Positions 43,792 to 53,479 of a stretch of DNA of 64,000 nt are shown one piece after another. The notes below the pieces were generated by a model, which was given only the letters and a program-made list of their open reading frames with translations, was not told the origin of the DNA and did not search any database. The number at the start of each line of letters is the position of its first letter. The stretch's first letter is position 1. The stretch spans positions 186,001-250,000 of IMG/VR virus record IMGVR_UViG_3300042540_001399, one strand, 5' to 3'. A program made the translations under genes and the position numbers.

Positions 43792-45549
43792 ATGTCAAAA
43801 TTGTCTAAAGTATCTTTTTTTATTTCGATAGTGATTATGTCAATTTATTTTGTGACACAATCTTTACTTGTGACAGGAAACATAAGTTATAGTAAAAATA
43901 TCGGTTATGCTGGATATATATGTTTTTTACTTTTTGTATCTTTTTTTGGGATTTACATTTATGAATATTTGAAAAAAAACAAAAAAATAAAAAAAAGAAG
44001 TGATTACGTTAAAAAATTAAATGAAACATTAATATATCAATCATTAAATTCTTCTTTTTTCGAAGGTAACACGTCAGAAGGCGCTAAAGTTCTAACTAAA
44101 GAAGTCAGTAATTCAATCAATGCTGACAGATGCTCAGTTTGGTTGTACAATACAGACAGAACTTCAATTATTTGTCAACAATTGTATTCCAAAAAAACTG
44201 ACAGCTGGGAACAAAATTATGAATTATTAAAAGAAGATTATAAACCTTATTTTTTATCTCTTTTATTAAATCCTATCATAGTTGCAAATGATGCAAGAAA
44301 TCATAGTGCAACATCATGTTTTAAAGACACTTATCTTGACCCATTGGGTATTAAATCTATGCTTGATGTTCCCATTTCCTACAAGGGAGACACTATTGGG
44401 GTAATATGTATTGAAAATTTTGATTTTAGAATTTGGGACCAAGTTGAAATTGATTTTGCTCAAATGTTATCAGCATTATATTCATTTGCATATTCAATAA
44501 AAGAAAATAATAATGTTAATAAGACAATTGATGATATTGAAGGATTTATAGATCATTCGGTATTAGTAAGTAAAACGGATTCTAAGGGTAAGATAGTTTA
44601 TGTGAATAAAAAGTTTGAAGATGTTTCTGGTTGGAAACTTAGTCAGGTAATAGGAAAAGATCATAACATTGTTAATTCAGGAAAACATACCAAAAATTTT
44701 TGGAAAGACATGTATAAAACAACAGTAGAAAAAAGAAAGATTTGGAACCAAATAGTTACAAATAAAACAAAAAAAGGTGAACTTTATTGGGTTGATTCTT
44801 ATATAATGGCAGAATTTGACGAACAAGATTGTTTAAAAGGGTTTATGTCTATAAGGTATGATGTTACAGATTTGATAAAAAAAACTGAAGAAATAGCGAA
44901 GAAAAATGTTTATTTGGAACATGCCGCAAAAATATTAAGACATGATATGCATTCAGGAATTAATACTTACATACCAAGAGGGATAAGTTCGTTAGAAAGA
45001 AGATTGAGTGATAACCAAATTCAAGAATATAAATTGGAAGCCCCTTTGAAAATGTTGAAAGAAGGTCTCAAACACGCTCAGAAAGTTTATAAAGGTGTTT
45101 ATGAATTTACTAATTTAGTAAAAAAAGATTCAGTGCTCAACAAAACTAAAGTAAACTTAAAAGAAATATTAGAAAGTTACCTATCAACAACATCATATAA
45201 ATCACAAGTTGTAATTGATACTTTAGAAGACCATGAAGTTAATGAACCTTTATTTTGTACCGCCATCGATAATTTAATTAGAAATGGCCTCAAATATAAT
45301 GACAATGATAACAAATTTGTACATTTATATATGGAAGATTTTCAGTTGGTAATTCAGGATAATGGAAGGGGGCTGTCACAAGAAGAATTTGACAATTTAT
45401 CGAAACCATACGTAAGAAAAGAAAACCAAAAAGAAAGTGGTAGTGGTTTAGGTTTAAATATATGTTTAGCAATACTCAAAGAACACGGATTCAGCGTTTC
45501 TTGTGAAAAAAACCATATAGGCACTAAAATTAAAATTAAATTCAAATGA
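43792..45549 (+). CDS. sensor histidine kinase (2 TM, GAF, PAS/PAC, HisKA, HATPase)
   Basis: H box RHDMH, N box NLIRNGLKYN, G1 QDNGRG, G2 GSGLGL; PAC KTKKGELYWV. Confidence 0.92.
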   Translation: MSKLSKVSFFISIVIMSIYFVTQSLLVTGNISYSKNIGYAGYICFLLFVSFFGIYIYEYLKKNKKIKKRSDYVKKLNETLIYQSLNSSFFEGNTSEGAKVLTKEVSNSINADRCSVWLYNTDRTSIICQQLYSKKTDSWEQNYELLKEDYKPYFLSLLLNPIIVANDARNHSATSCFKDTYLDPLGIKSMLDVPISYKGDTIGVICIENFDFRIWDQVEIDFAQMLSALYSFAYSIKENNNVNKTIDDIEGFIDHSVLVSKTDSKGKIVYVNKKFEDVSGWKLSQVIGKDHNIVNSGKHTKNFWKDMYKTTVEKRKIWNQIVTNKTKKGELYWVDSYIMAEFDEQDCLKGFMSIRYDVTDLIKKTEEIAKKNVYLEHAAKILRHDMHSGINTYIPRGISSLERRLSDNQIQEYKLEAPLKMLKEGLKHAQKVYKGVYEFTNLVKKDSVLNKTKVNLKEILESYLSTTSYKSQVVIDTLEDHEVNEPLFCTAIDNLIRNGLKYNDNDNKFVHLYMEDFQLVIQDNGRGLSQEEFDNLSKPYVRKENQKESGSGLGLNICLAILKEHGFSVSCEKNHIGTKIKIKFK

Positions 45550-46148
45550 AAAAAATTTTTTTATTATTCAACTTTTTATTTATAACTTTTTTGTTACACG
45601 GACAAAATTCTTACCCAATCCAAACAATTTTAAAGGGTGATTCAGTTGTAATTTATACCACAGATCAATCAAATGATTTGAATTTGACAATAGAAAATCA
45701 AAGATTCTTATCATCTACTTATAAAACTAAACTTGAAGACTATAGTAAAAAAATTGACAGTTTAGAAAAAAACATAAATAATAAACAGATGGTAATAGAT
45801 AGTTTATATTTAACACATAAAAATCAAGACAGTTTACAACAAAGATTATACGTACTTGAAAATTGGTTAATAAAAGCATCAATTGACAACTCTTACATTT
45901 ATATGTCATGGCCAGATCATACTATTAAATTTGTGGATTTAACATTATATACAGTTCATTGTAGTATGCAAAATGGTACTTTAAGAATGATTAGAAGAGG
46001 ACCAAATGATGAATTTGAAATTTGGAAAGGATTAAATTATATTAGAAAAGAAAGTCCAGAAATTGGTTGGGAAATGAAATATACTGAAGACGAACGACCA
46101 ATAGTAAAAAATCTACCAATAAACATAAAAATTAACGACTACAAATAA
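45546..46148 (+). CDS. exported protein with coiled coil
   Basis: signal peptide MKKIFLLFNFLFITFLLHG. Confidence 0.75.
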   Translation: MKKIFLLFNFLFITFLLHGQNSYPIQTILKGDSVVIYTTDQSNDLNLTIENQRFLSSTYKTKLEDYSKKIDSLEKNINNKQMVIDSLYLTHKNQDSLQQRLYVLENWLIKASIDNSYIYMSWPDHTIKFVDLTLYTVHCSMQNGTLRMIRRGPNDEFEIWKGLNYIRKESPEIGWEMKYTEDERPIVKNLPINIKINDYK

Positions 46149-46149
46149 G

Positions 46150-47604
46150 ATGAAAAAAATAATTTTTATTCTTTTAATATTGTTTTCATTCTACAATATA
46201 ACAATCGCACAAGGACTTATCAAAAATAAAAAAGAAATTACCGAGTCTATGTGGGATCAAGGAGTGCCTGTCTTACCTGAAGATGAATATATTTCATCTT
46301 TAATTGATAAAGTTGGATTCGATAACTTAAGACAAAGAAATAAAGCCGTTAACAAAGAAGAAGCTAAATTGTGTAGAGAAATTGGTATTGCTTTTTACAA
46401 TAGAGAAATGTATGAAGCTGCTGATTGGTATTTGGAAAGAGTACGAGGTTTTGTTGAAGTTGTTGAACTTGAACCTGAAATAGTTTTTGAAACTAAAAAA
46501 GAAGAAACCGAAGAACCTTCAGAAGATTTATCTGTGGAAGATTTGAAAAGTCTACAGTCAGACAAGGTTTTTTTACAAAACCTACCAAAAAGTTATGAAA
46601 ATGTTTCACCTACAGATATGAAAAAATTGGCAGAAGAAATTGAAGGTCAAATAGAAAAACTTATTAAAGAAAAGGAAGAATTACTAAAAAGACACGCTCC
46701 TAAAGAAGTGATAGATGCTAAAGATGCGACTATAGGGTCATTAGGAAAAGAAAAAAAAATCATAGACCTATCAATAGATAAAGACAAACTTAAAAATGAA
46801 ACAAAAGTTTTGGGTATTGAAAAAAGAAATTTGAAATTTTATTTAAATTGGGCAATAGCTATAGGTTTGATATTAATATTAATAATATTTGTTTTAATAC
46901 AGAGAAAAACTATCAAAGGACAGGATAAAGAAATTGATAAACAACTAAATGACATAAATACTAAAAACACGTATTTAGAACATGCGGCAAGAATAATCAG
47001 ACATGATATGCATTCTGGTATAAACACATATATTCCAAGGGGTATATCTTCTTTGGAAAAAAGGCTGACTGTCGACGACATGAAAAATCTTAAGATCGAA
47101 GGTCCAATAAAGATGATTCGTGAAGGTTTAAATCACACCCAAAAAGTTTATAAAAATGTTTATGAATTTACAAATTTAGTTAAACAAAATGTTGTTTTAG
47201 AAAAAACCAAACAAAATATAAAAAATACTTTAGAACAGTTTTTTGTAAAAACATCATACTATAATCAAATCAAAATAAAGAATCTCCCGACTTTAGAAAT
47301 TAATGAAGTTCTTTTTTGTGGGGCAATTGAAAACTTTGTGAAAAATGGTCTAAAATACAATAATAACGAAAATAAAGAAGTTTTAATTTTTGAAGAAGAT
47401 AATTATATAGTAGTACAAGATAATGGTATTGGTATGACATCAACTGAATTTGAAAAACAAATTAAAATAGTTTCTAAAGAAGATATTGGTGAAATCGGTT
47501 TAGGCTTAAATATTTCAATTGCCATTTTAAAAGAACACGGATTTAGTGTTGAATGTGAAAAAAATGAAATTGGAACTAAAATAAAAATTAAATTTAAAAG
47601 TTAA
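46150..47604 (+). CDS. sensor histidine kinase with periplasmic coiled-coil sensor
   Basis: signal peptide, single TM, RHDMH, NFVKNGLKYN, QDNGIG, GLGLNI. Confidence 0.9.
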   Translation: MKKIIFILLILFSFYNITIAQGLIKNKKEITESMWDQGVPVLPEDEYISSLIDKVGFDNLRQRNKAVNKEEAKLCREIGIAFYNREMYEAADWYLERVRGFVEVVELEPEIVFETKKEETEEPSEDLSVEDLKSLQSDKVFLQNLPKSYENVSPTDMKKLAEEIEGQIEKLIKEKEELLKRHAPKEVIDAKDATIGSLGKEKKIIDLSIDKDKLKNETKVLGIEKRNLKFYLNWAIAIGLILILIIFVLIQRKTIKGQDKEIDKQLNDINTKNTYLEHAARIIRHDMHSGINTYIPRGISSLEKRLTVDDMKNLKIEGPIKMIREGLNHTQKVYKNVYEFTNLVKQNVVLEKTKQNIKNTLEQFFVKTSYYNQIKIKNLPTLEINEVLFCGAIENFVKNGLKYNNNENKEVLIFEEDNYIVVQDNGIGMTSTEFEKQIKIVSKEDIGEIGLGLNISIAILKEHGFSVECEKNEIGTKIKIKFKS

Positions 47605-47608
47605 AAAA

Positions 47609-48046
47609 ATGATTGATTCTATTTTATTAGTTGATGATGAGGATTTATTCCACTTGGTGTTTGAAGACGCTTGTTCTTTATTGGACATAAGTTTATCTTT
47701 AAAATCTATAAATAGTGCAGATGAAGCGGCATCAATGTTTAAAAAATGGTTAGAAGAAAAAACACCAGAAAGTAGACCTGAATGTGTTTTTGTTGATCTT
47801 AATATAATTGGTAGTTCATTTGATGGTATTGAACTTATAAGAAAAATAAATTTCGAATACGGAAATCATGTTGTAATAGGAATTATTTCATCATCTAACG
47901 AACCAGAAGAACAAGCTAAAGCACTACAAGCAGGTGCACAATTTTGGATTATAAAATCTGATGAAATTGAACCTAGACTTGAAGAATTCAAAAAAGATTA
48001 TGATCAGTATAAAAACAGAACCGCACCATTTAAAGTATACAAATGA
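47609..48046 (+). CDS. single-domain response regulator (receiver)
   Basis: LVDDED, FVDLN phospho-Asp, IISSS, IIKS. Confidence 0.92.
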   Translation: MIDSILLVDDEDLFHLVFEDACSLLDISLSLKSINSADEAASMFKKWLEEKTPESRPECVFVDLNIIGSSFDGIELIRKINFEYGNHVVIGIISSSNEPEEQAKALQAGAQFWIIKSDEIEPRLEEFKKDYDQYKNRTAPFKVYK

Positions 48047-48720
48047 TTAAAATAGATAGTAATACTAAAAAAACTTTAATTGATCTTTATAACAAAAAGG
48101 GTATAGGTCTTGAAGGTAATATTACTAAACTTATAGATGTTGAAAACGACGAAGAGTTCAAAACGTATTTAAAAGAATGTAAGGCTAAAGACGAAGAAAA
48201 AAGAAAAAAACGTCTTGACATGACAAAAAAAATACAAAAACAAAATGAAGATTTGGTTGTTGCAAACACAGAAAACAATAGAATTATGGAGGAACTTCAA
48301 CAAAGTTTACTTGAAGTTGAAGAATCCAAAACAATTTTTGAAAACCAAAACAAAGAACTCAACGATTGGAAAAAAGAAAATTTAGAACTGACTGAAAAAT
48401 TACAAATTGAAATGTCAAACGCTGAAATGGCTAAGTTAGAAGCCTTGAAGGCTAAGGAAATGGCGGAAAATGATTTAGACTTGTTACAGAAAAAAAATCA
48501 AACAGAACTTATTTCTACTATAGTCAGAGTTGCTTTATGGGTAATTGTTGGTGTTGGTATAATTACTACTGGTGTTTATATGTTCACTTTATTATTAGGT
48601 AAAGACACACAGGTTATTAGTGCTGCGTGGTCAAATATTTTTGGTATTTTACTTACCAATGCATTTTCAATAGTGGGTACTATTATGGGGATTAAATATG
48701 CAACTGAAAATAAACAATAA
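48043..48720 (+). CDS. coiled-coil protein with two C-terminal TM helices
   Basis: long E/K heptad region then two hydrophobic helices. Confidence 0.75.
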   Translation: MIKIDSNTKKTLIDLYNKKGIGLEGNITKLIDVENDEEFKTYLKECKAKDEEKRKKRLDMTKKIQKQNEDLVVANTENNRIMEELQQSLLEVEESKTIFENQNKELNDWKKENLELTEKLQIEMSNAEMAKLEALKAKEMAENDLDLLQKKNQTELISTIVRVALWVIVGVGIITTGVYMFTLLLGKDTQVISAAWSNIFGILLTNAFSIVGTIMGIKYATENKQ

Positions 48721-48730
48721 AAAATAGATT

Positions 48731-49567
48731 ATGTTACTTAAAGTAGGATCAGAAGGGGCTGATGTAAAAAAACTCCAAGAAAAATTAGGTGTTGAAACAA
48801 TAGGAAAGTTTGGACCTAAAACCGAAGCTGCGGTAAAAGCATGGCAAAAAGCAAATGGATTAAAAGATGATGGTATTGTTGGTGATGCAACTTGGAGCAA
48901 AATGTTTGGGGAATCTACCCCAAAAACAAATGTTATTAAAGAAGATGTTGTTATACCAAGTGGTGGTCCTTTAAATATTGAAAAGTTAAAAGGACACATA
49001 CCTGATTCTGTTTTGGCCCAAATTCCGGAAACCGCAAAAAAATTTAATATTACAAACAATTTAAGATTAGCACACTTTTTATCACAATGTGGTCATGAAT
49101 CTGGTGGATTCAAAGCTGTCAGTGAAAATTTAAATTATTCAGCCGATGGTTTAAAAAAGATTTTTGGAAAATACTTTCCGGGTAACCTGAATGAATCTTA
49201 CGCTCGTAAACCCGAAAAAATTGCGTCCCGTGTTTATGGTAACAGGATGGGAAATGGTGATGAGGCGTCAGGCGAAGGATATAAATTCAGAGGTAGGGGT
49301 TACATCCAACTTACAGGAAAAAGTAACTATACAAATTTTTCTAAATTTATAGGTGAAGATTGTGTTTCAAATCCTGATTTAGTTGCAACAAAATATCCTT
49401 TAGCGTCTGCGGCATTCTTTTTTGATTCAAATAAATTGTGGTCTATTTGTGACAAGGGAGCCGATGATGCCACTGTTACATCTGTAACCAAAAGAGTTAA
49501 TGGGGGAATTTTAGGTTTATCAGACAGAATTAAACACTTTAAAGAGTATTATAACCTTATTAAGTGA
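48731..49567 (+). CDS. endolysin: PG-binding domain plus glycoside hydrolase 19
   Basis: VKKLQEKLG...TEAAVKAWQ...DGIVG; HFLSQCGHESGG, RGRGYIQLTGKSNY, RVNGG. Confidence 0.93.
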   Translation: MLLKVGSEGADVKKLQEKLGVETIGKFGPKTEAAVKAWQKANGLKDDGIVGDATWSKMFGESTPKTNVIKEDVVIPSGGPLNIEKLKGHIPDSVLAQIPETAKKFNITNNLRLAHFLSQCGHESGGFKAVSENLNYSADGLKKIFGKYFPGNLNESYARKPEKIASRVYGNRMGNGDEASGEGYKFRGRGYIQLTGKSNYTNFSKFIGEDCVSNPDLVATKYPLASAAFFFDSNKLWSICDKGADDATVTSVTKRVNGGILGLSDRIKHFKEYYNLIK

Positions 49568-49603
49568 TATTTATAATAAAATAAACCATAAAAAACAAAT
49601 TTT

Positions 49604-49771
49604 ATGAAATTAACTAAAGAACAAATTATGGGAATTATCAGACACGGACTAACATTCGTAGGTGGTATTCTTATAATGAAAGGGCTTGTTACTGAGTCAG
49701 TCGTTGCAGACATAACTGGTGCACTTATGACTTTAACAGGTGCTATTTGGTCTATTGTTGATAAAAAATAA
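49604..49771 (+). CDS. small two-TM protein, putative holin (55 aa, not in ORF track)
   Basis: MKLTKEQIMGIIRHGLTFVGGILIMKG...GAIWSIVDKK right after the endolysin. Confidence 0.7.
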   Translation: MKLTKEQIMGIIRHGLTFVGGILIMKGLVTESVVADITGALMTLTGAIWSIVDKK

Positions 49772-49789
49772 ATTGTGTAAATAGACTTA

Positions 49790-49817
49790 AAAACCCTCGA
49801 TAATTTCGGGGGTTTTT
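49790..49817 (+). terminator. intrinsic terminator
   Basis: AAACCCTCGA/TCGGGGGTTT plus T tract. Confidence 0.75.
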
Positions 49818-49854
49818 ATTTTTGTAACATATTTATTATATAAAAATTAAATTT

Positions 49855-50511
49855 ATGAAAAAGTTGATAACTGAAAACGAAAAAAATAGAATTAGAAAAA
49901 TGAATTCTATTGATGAAAGTTTATTTTCAGATGTGTTGGCATCAATACAAAAATCAGAAACTTTTCAGGATCTTAAAAAGAAATTCAAGGAATTAACGGG
50001 TGTTGACTTTGAAGAAAAAGAAAAGTCGGGAGATGTAAGCAAAGATTTCAAAAATTATAAAATTACCGAACCTAATGATGATGACATCAAGTTTTATAAA
50101 AAAATACTTGAAAAATTGGACGCACCTAATACTAAAGAAAATTTAGCGTTTCTTTACGCGTGGAGACAAGCGGAGGGTGCAAAATCCGCCTTTAACCCTT
50201 TTAATACCACACAAGAAATGGATAGTTCAACATTTATGAACTGTCTGAAGAAAAAAGATAATAAGTGTATTGGGGGAGTTAGAAATTATAAATCTGAAAA
50301 AGATGGAATAGATGCTACAGTCAAAACTTTGAAAAATGGTAGATATGATTGTATTGTTAATGGTTTACAAAAAAATAAAGGGTCAAAAGATATCGCCAAA
50401 TGTAGTTCTTTAGATACTTGGGGAACAAAAGACGGTATTTTAAGAGTTTTAGATGGTGGTAAAATAAATCCACCTGAAATATCAAGATCCACAATAAAAA
50501 AAGTTGATTAA
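49855..50511 (+). CDS. lysozyme/glucosaminidase-like protein with ITENE leader
   Basis: AWRQAEG...NPFNTT...NY.S...GIDATVKTL..GRY. Confidence 0.6.
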   Translation: MKKLITENEKNRIRKMNSIDESLFSDVLASIQKSETFQDLKKKFKELTGVDFEEKEKSGDVSKDFKNYKITEPNDDDIKFYKKILEKLDAPNTKENLAFLYAWRQAEGAKSAFNPFNTTQEMDSSTFMNCLKKKDNKCIGGVRNYKSEKDGIDATVKTLKNGRYDCIVNGLQKNKGSKDIAKCSSLDTWGTKDGILRVLDGGKINPPEISRSTIKKVD

Positions 50512-50512
50512 T

Positions 50513-51121
50513 ATGGAAGAATACGTAGGGATTATTATTGCGTTTATAACAGGTGTGTTGGGACCAATATTACTTTTATACTTGAAAAACAAATTAGAAA
50601 AAAAAGAAAAGCCAGACATGGTCAAAGACACTCTGAGAGTTGCTGAGTTGGTAAATAATAAAATTGAACATATTCGTGAAGAATTTAATGCCGATCGTGT
50701 TTGGGTTACACAATTTCATAATGGTGGTAATTTTTATCCTACAGGTAAATCAATGGCAAAATTTTCAATAATGTATGAAACAGTAAATTCTGGCGTTTCT
50801 TCAGTTCAAACTAATTTTCATAATATACCTGTTAACCTTTTTTCTAAGTCTATAAATCAATTATTAAATAACGATACTATTGAAATTGCCGACTACAAAG
50901 ATGAAACAATAGCAACTTACGGACTAAAATATATTGCTGAAGATACAGGTTGTAAATCAAGTTACTTATTTGCAATAAAAACAATTGATGAAAAGTTTAT
51001 TGGTACATTAGGTTTAGATTATACCAAAAGAAAAACTAAATTAGATATTGAATCTATAAATCATTTATTGGTTCACGCAACGTCTTTAGGTGGTGTTTTG
51101 ATGACACACTTGTCTGAATAA
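50513..51121 (+). CDS. single-TM GAF-domain protein (T4 holin T-like architecture)
   Basis: N-terminal TM; ADRVWVTQFHNGG...IGTLGLDY. Confidence 0.65.
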   Translation: MEEYVGIIIAFITGVLGPILLLYLKNKLEKKEKPDMVKDTLRVAELVNNKIEHIREEFNADRVWVTQFHNGGNFYPTGKSMAKFSIMYETVNSGVSSVQTNFHNIPVNLFSKSINQLLNNDTIEIADYKDETIATYGLKYIAEDTGCKSSYLFAIKTIDEKFIGTLGLDYTKRKTKLDIESINHLLVHATSLGGVLMTHLSE

Positions 51122-51156
51122 TTTTTTATTACAAAAAAATTTATTATTTTTGTAGT

Positions 51157-51645
51157 ATGAATATTTTTTTTCTTGACTACGATACCCAAAAATGTGCACA
51201 ATATCATTGCGATAAACATGTGGTCAAGATGGTATTAGAAACTGCACAACTTTTATGTGGGGTTCATCATACAACCCCCCAAGTTACCCCCCAAGTTCCC
51301 TACAAGTTATCCCACAAAAATCACCCATGCGCAATATGGACTCGTGAAAGTTTATCAAACTACTTATATCTTTGTGATCTTGGTTTAGAATTATGTAATG
51401 AATATAGTTTTAGATATGGTAAAACACATAAGTCACAACAAGTAATCGAGTGGTGTCTTGATAATAAACCAAACATAGTTGATAAAGGTTTTACCACACC
51501 ACCAAAAGCAATGCCCGATGAATATAAAGTTTTTGACGTTATTGAATCTTATAGAAACTACTATCGTGGGGCAAAAAAAAGTTTTGCTTCATGGAAAAAT
51601 AGACAAATACCCGATTGGTTTCAAACTGATGAAGTATTTATATGA
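51157..51645 (+). CDS. pyrimidine-dimer DNA glycosylase (endonuclease V-like)
   Basis: MNIFFLD, HCDKHVVKM.LE.AQLL, H.NHPC..W. Confidence 0.8.
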   Translation: MNIFFLDYDTQKCAQYHCDKHVVKMVLETAQLLCGVHHTTPQVTPQVPYKLSHKNHPCAIWTRESLSNYLYLCDLGLELCNEYSFRYGKTHKSQQVIEWCLDNKPNIVDKGFTTPPKAMPDEYKVFDVIESYRNYYRGAKKSFASWKNRQIPDWFQTDEVFI

Positions 51646-53183
51646 TAAAATCATATATGAAAGGTTTATTAAATGAACATTTGACTAGAATAAGATCATT
51701 GATGTCTATCAATGAATCTTTAGTTGATGCATACCCAAAATTTTCGAAAAAAATATTTGATGAAGTAGACCCTACTTGGGGTGGTGGGCCAAATTCGCAT
51801 TCATCAAGACACCCTGATGCATCCGGCAAAGATTGGTTTAGTAATAACGCATACGACATCATGGCACCTGAAGGGACACCAATATATTCAATATCGGAAG
51901 GTTATGTTGATAAAATTACCGACAATCCACCAGGTTTAAGATCAGTTGGTGGTAAGAGAATTTATGGGGACAGTTTAACCATTAGAGGAACAGGGGGTGA
52001 TCCCGATGTTTTCTACACACATGTAACAAAAATTGTTGTTGAAGAGGGACAATACGTTGATAGGGGTCAATTATTAGCATTCATAATCAAAGGGGAGTTG
52101 GGTATACCTGAACACGTTCATGTTGCAGTAAAAGTTGGTGATGTGAAAGATTTCTTAGATGTTGATGGAAACATAAACAGAGTCAATATTGATTTAGTGG
52201 ATAGACTAAAAATCTTACCAACAAACAAGGAACTTGAAGTGACAACCGACCCAAAAACAATAATGGGCGCTGCGGCCGGTCTTACCGCATCAGCTATAAG
52301 TTCTTTAAATATTAATAGACCTGAGTCTGACATCAGTGGCATTGCAACAAGATTCGGTATTAAAGATACTGATGTTAACATGGATTCGGTATCAGGTGTT
52401 TTGAATAAAATAATATTATCTTCTGAAGGTCTTGGTACTGATGAAACTGGAATTCATGATGCAATAAAGAAATTAAAAAGTTGTTATGAACTTGATGAAA
52501 TTAACAAAATTGTAGAAAGAAAAGAAATCGACGGAAAAAAATACAAAGACATTTATGATTATATAAATAGTGAAATGAATTATGGTGATGAGCTGTTTGT
52601 AAAAAGTTTAGTAAAAACCATAAATAATATATGTCCTGATACCGTAACTGATAAAGGTACTCAAATAGTGAAAGTAACAAGATCATCATCTTTAGGATCT
52701 GGAATCGATAGAGTCAGTCCTATAAAATTATTAAATGATCTAAAATCATATGGATTATCTGATAAGGCCGCCAAAGGTGTTGTTGCGAATGCTTTTGGTG
52801 AAAGTGGGTTTAACGTTAAGGCTAAAGGAGATTCTGGACCCAACGCCGAAAACAACACAAGATCAATAAATATAGATGGTAAAAAATACTGTTCGTTTGG
52901 ATTGTGGCAATATAATGTCTGTGGTGGTATGGGGGTTTCTTATTTGAAGAACTATAATATAGATGTTGACAGATCAACAGACGCTGAAAAAATCAGGGTT
53001 CTATTTGATTATAATAAACAAATTGAATTTATGTCTAAAAGAATTAAAGAAGAACAATCCAAAAGCGAAAAAGATGTTAGAACATGGATTGATTGGATTG
53101 TTGATAATGTAGAAAGACCATCAGATAGATACGGTGCAAAAATGAAAAGACAAGAATTTGCAAAACAACAAGGTTGGTCTTAA
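51642..53183 (+). CDS. multidomain wall hydrolase: M23-like, annexin-like repeat, phage tail lysozyme
   Basis: AYDIMAPEGTP..FYTH..HVH; GLGTDETGI; GVVANAFGESG..FGLWQY. Confidence 0.75.
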   Translation: MIKSYMKGLLNEHLTRIRSLMSINESLVDAYPKFSKKIFDEVDPTWGGGPNSHSSRHPDASGKDWFSNNAYDIMAPEGTPIYSISEGYVDKITDNPPGLRSVGGKRIYGDSLTIRGTGGDPDVFYTHVTKIVVEEGQYVDRGQLLAFIIKGELGIPEHVHVAVKVGDVKDFLDVDGNINRVNIDLVDRLKILPTNKELEVTTDPKTIMGAAAGLTASAISSLNINRPESDISGIATRFGIKDTDVNMDSVSGVLNKIILSSEGLGTDETGIHDAIKKLKSCYELDEINKIVERKEIDGKKYKDIYDYINSEMNYGDELFVKSLVKTINNICPDTVTDKGTQIVKVTRSSSLGSGIDRVSPIKLLNDLKSYGLSDKAAKGVVANAFGESGFNVKAKGDSGPNAENNTRSINIDGKKYCSFGLWQYNVCGGMGVSYLKNYNIDVDRSTDAEKIRVLFDYNKQIEFMSKRIKEEQSKSEKDVRTWIDWIVDNVERPSDRYGAKMKRQEFAKQQGWS

Positions 53184-53245
53184 TTTTTTTTTAGTACCTA
53201 TTGTTTTATAGTTTTATTATTTATATAATTAAAAAAAAAGAAAAA

Positions 53246-53389
53246 ATGGAAGATATCAATCAATTAGAAAATGAAATTTTTGCCTACATCAATGATAAAG
53301 GTCAAGAAGTTTTTACACCTAATTTTGAATTTGCGAACATCATGGCAAAAAAATATGGTACTTTAAAAGTTTTTGTACAAAAATTTTAA
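53246..53389 (+). CDS. small hypothetical protein
   Basis: ATG 53246 after TATTTAT; MEDINQLENEIFAY. Confidence 0.55.
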   Translation: MEDINQLENEIFAYINDKGQEVFTPNFEFANIMAKKYGTLKVFVQKF

Positions 53390-53408
53390 AAAAAAAATTA
53401 CAAAGTAC

Positions 53409-53476
53409 TTGACAGATACAAATAAATGTAGTAACTTTGTAAAACAAATCAGGAAAAGACCTGAAACGTTCTTTGA
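53409..53476 (+). promoter_or_regulatory. Bacteroidota-type promoter plus boxA-like motif
   Basis: TTGACA 53409-53414, TAACTTTG 53432-53439, GTTCTTTGA 53468-53476. Confidence 0.7.
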
Positions 53477-53479
53477 AAA

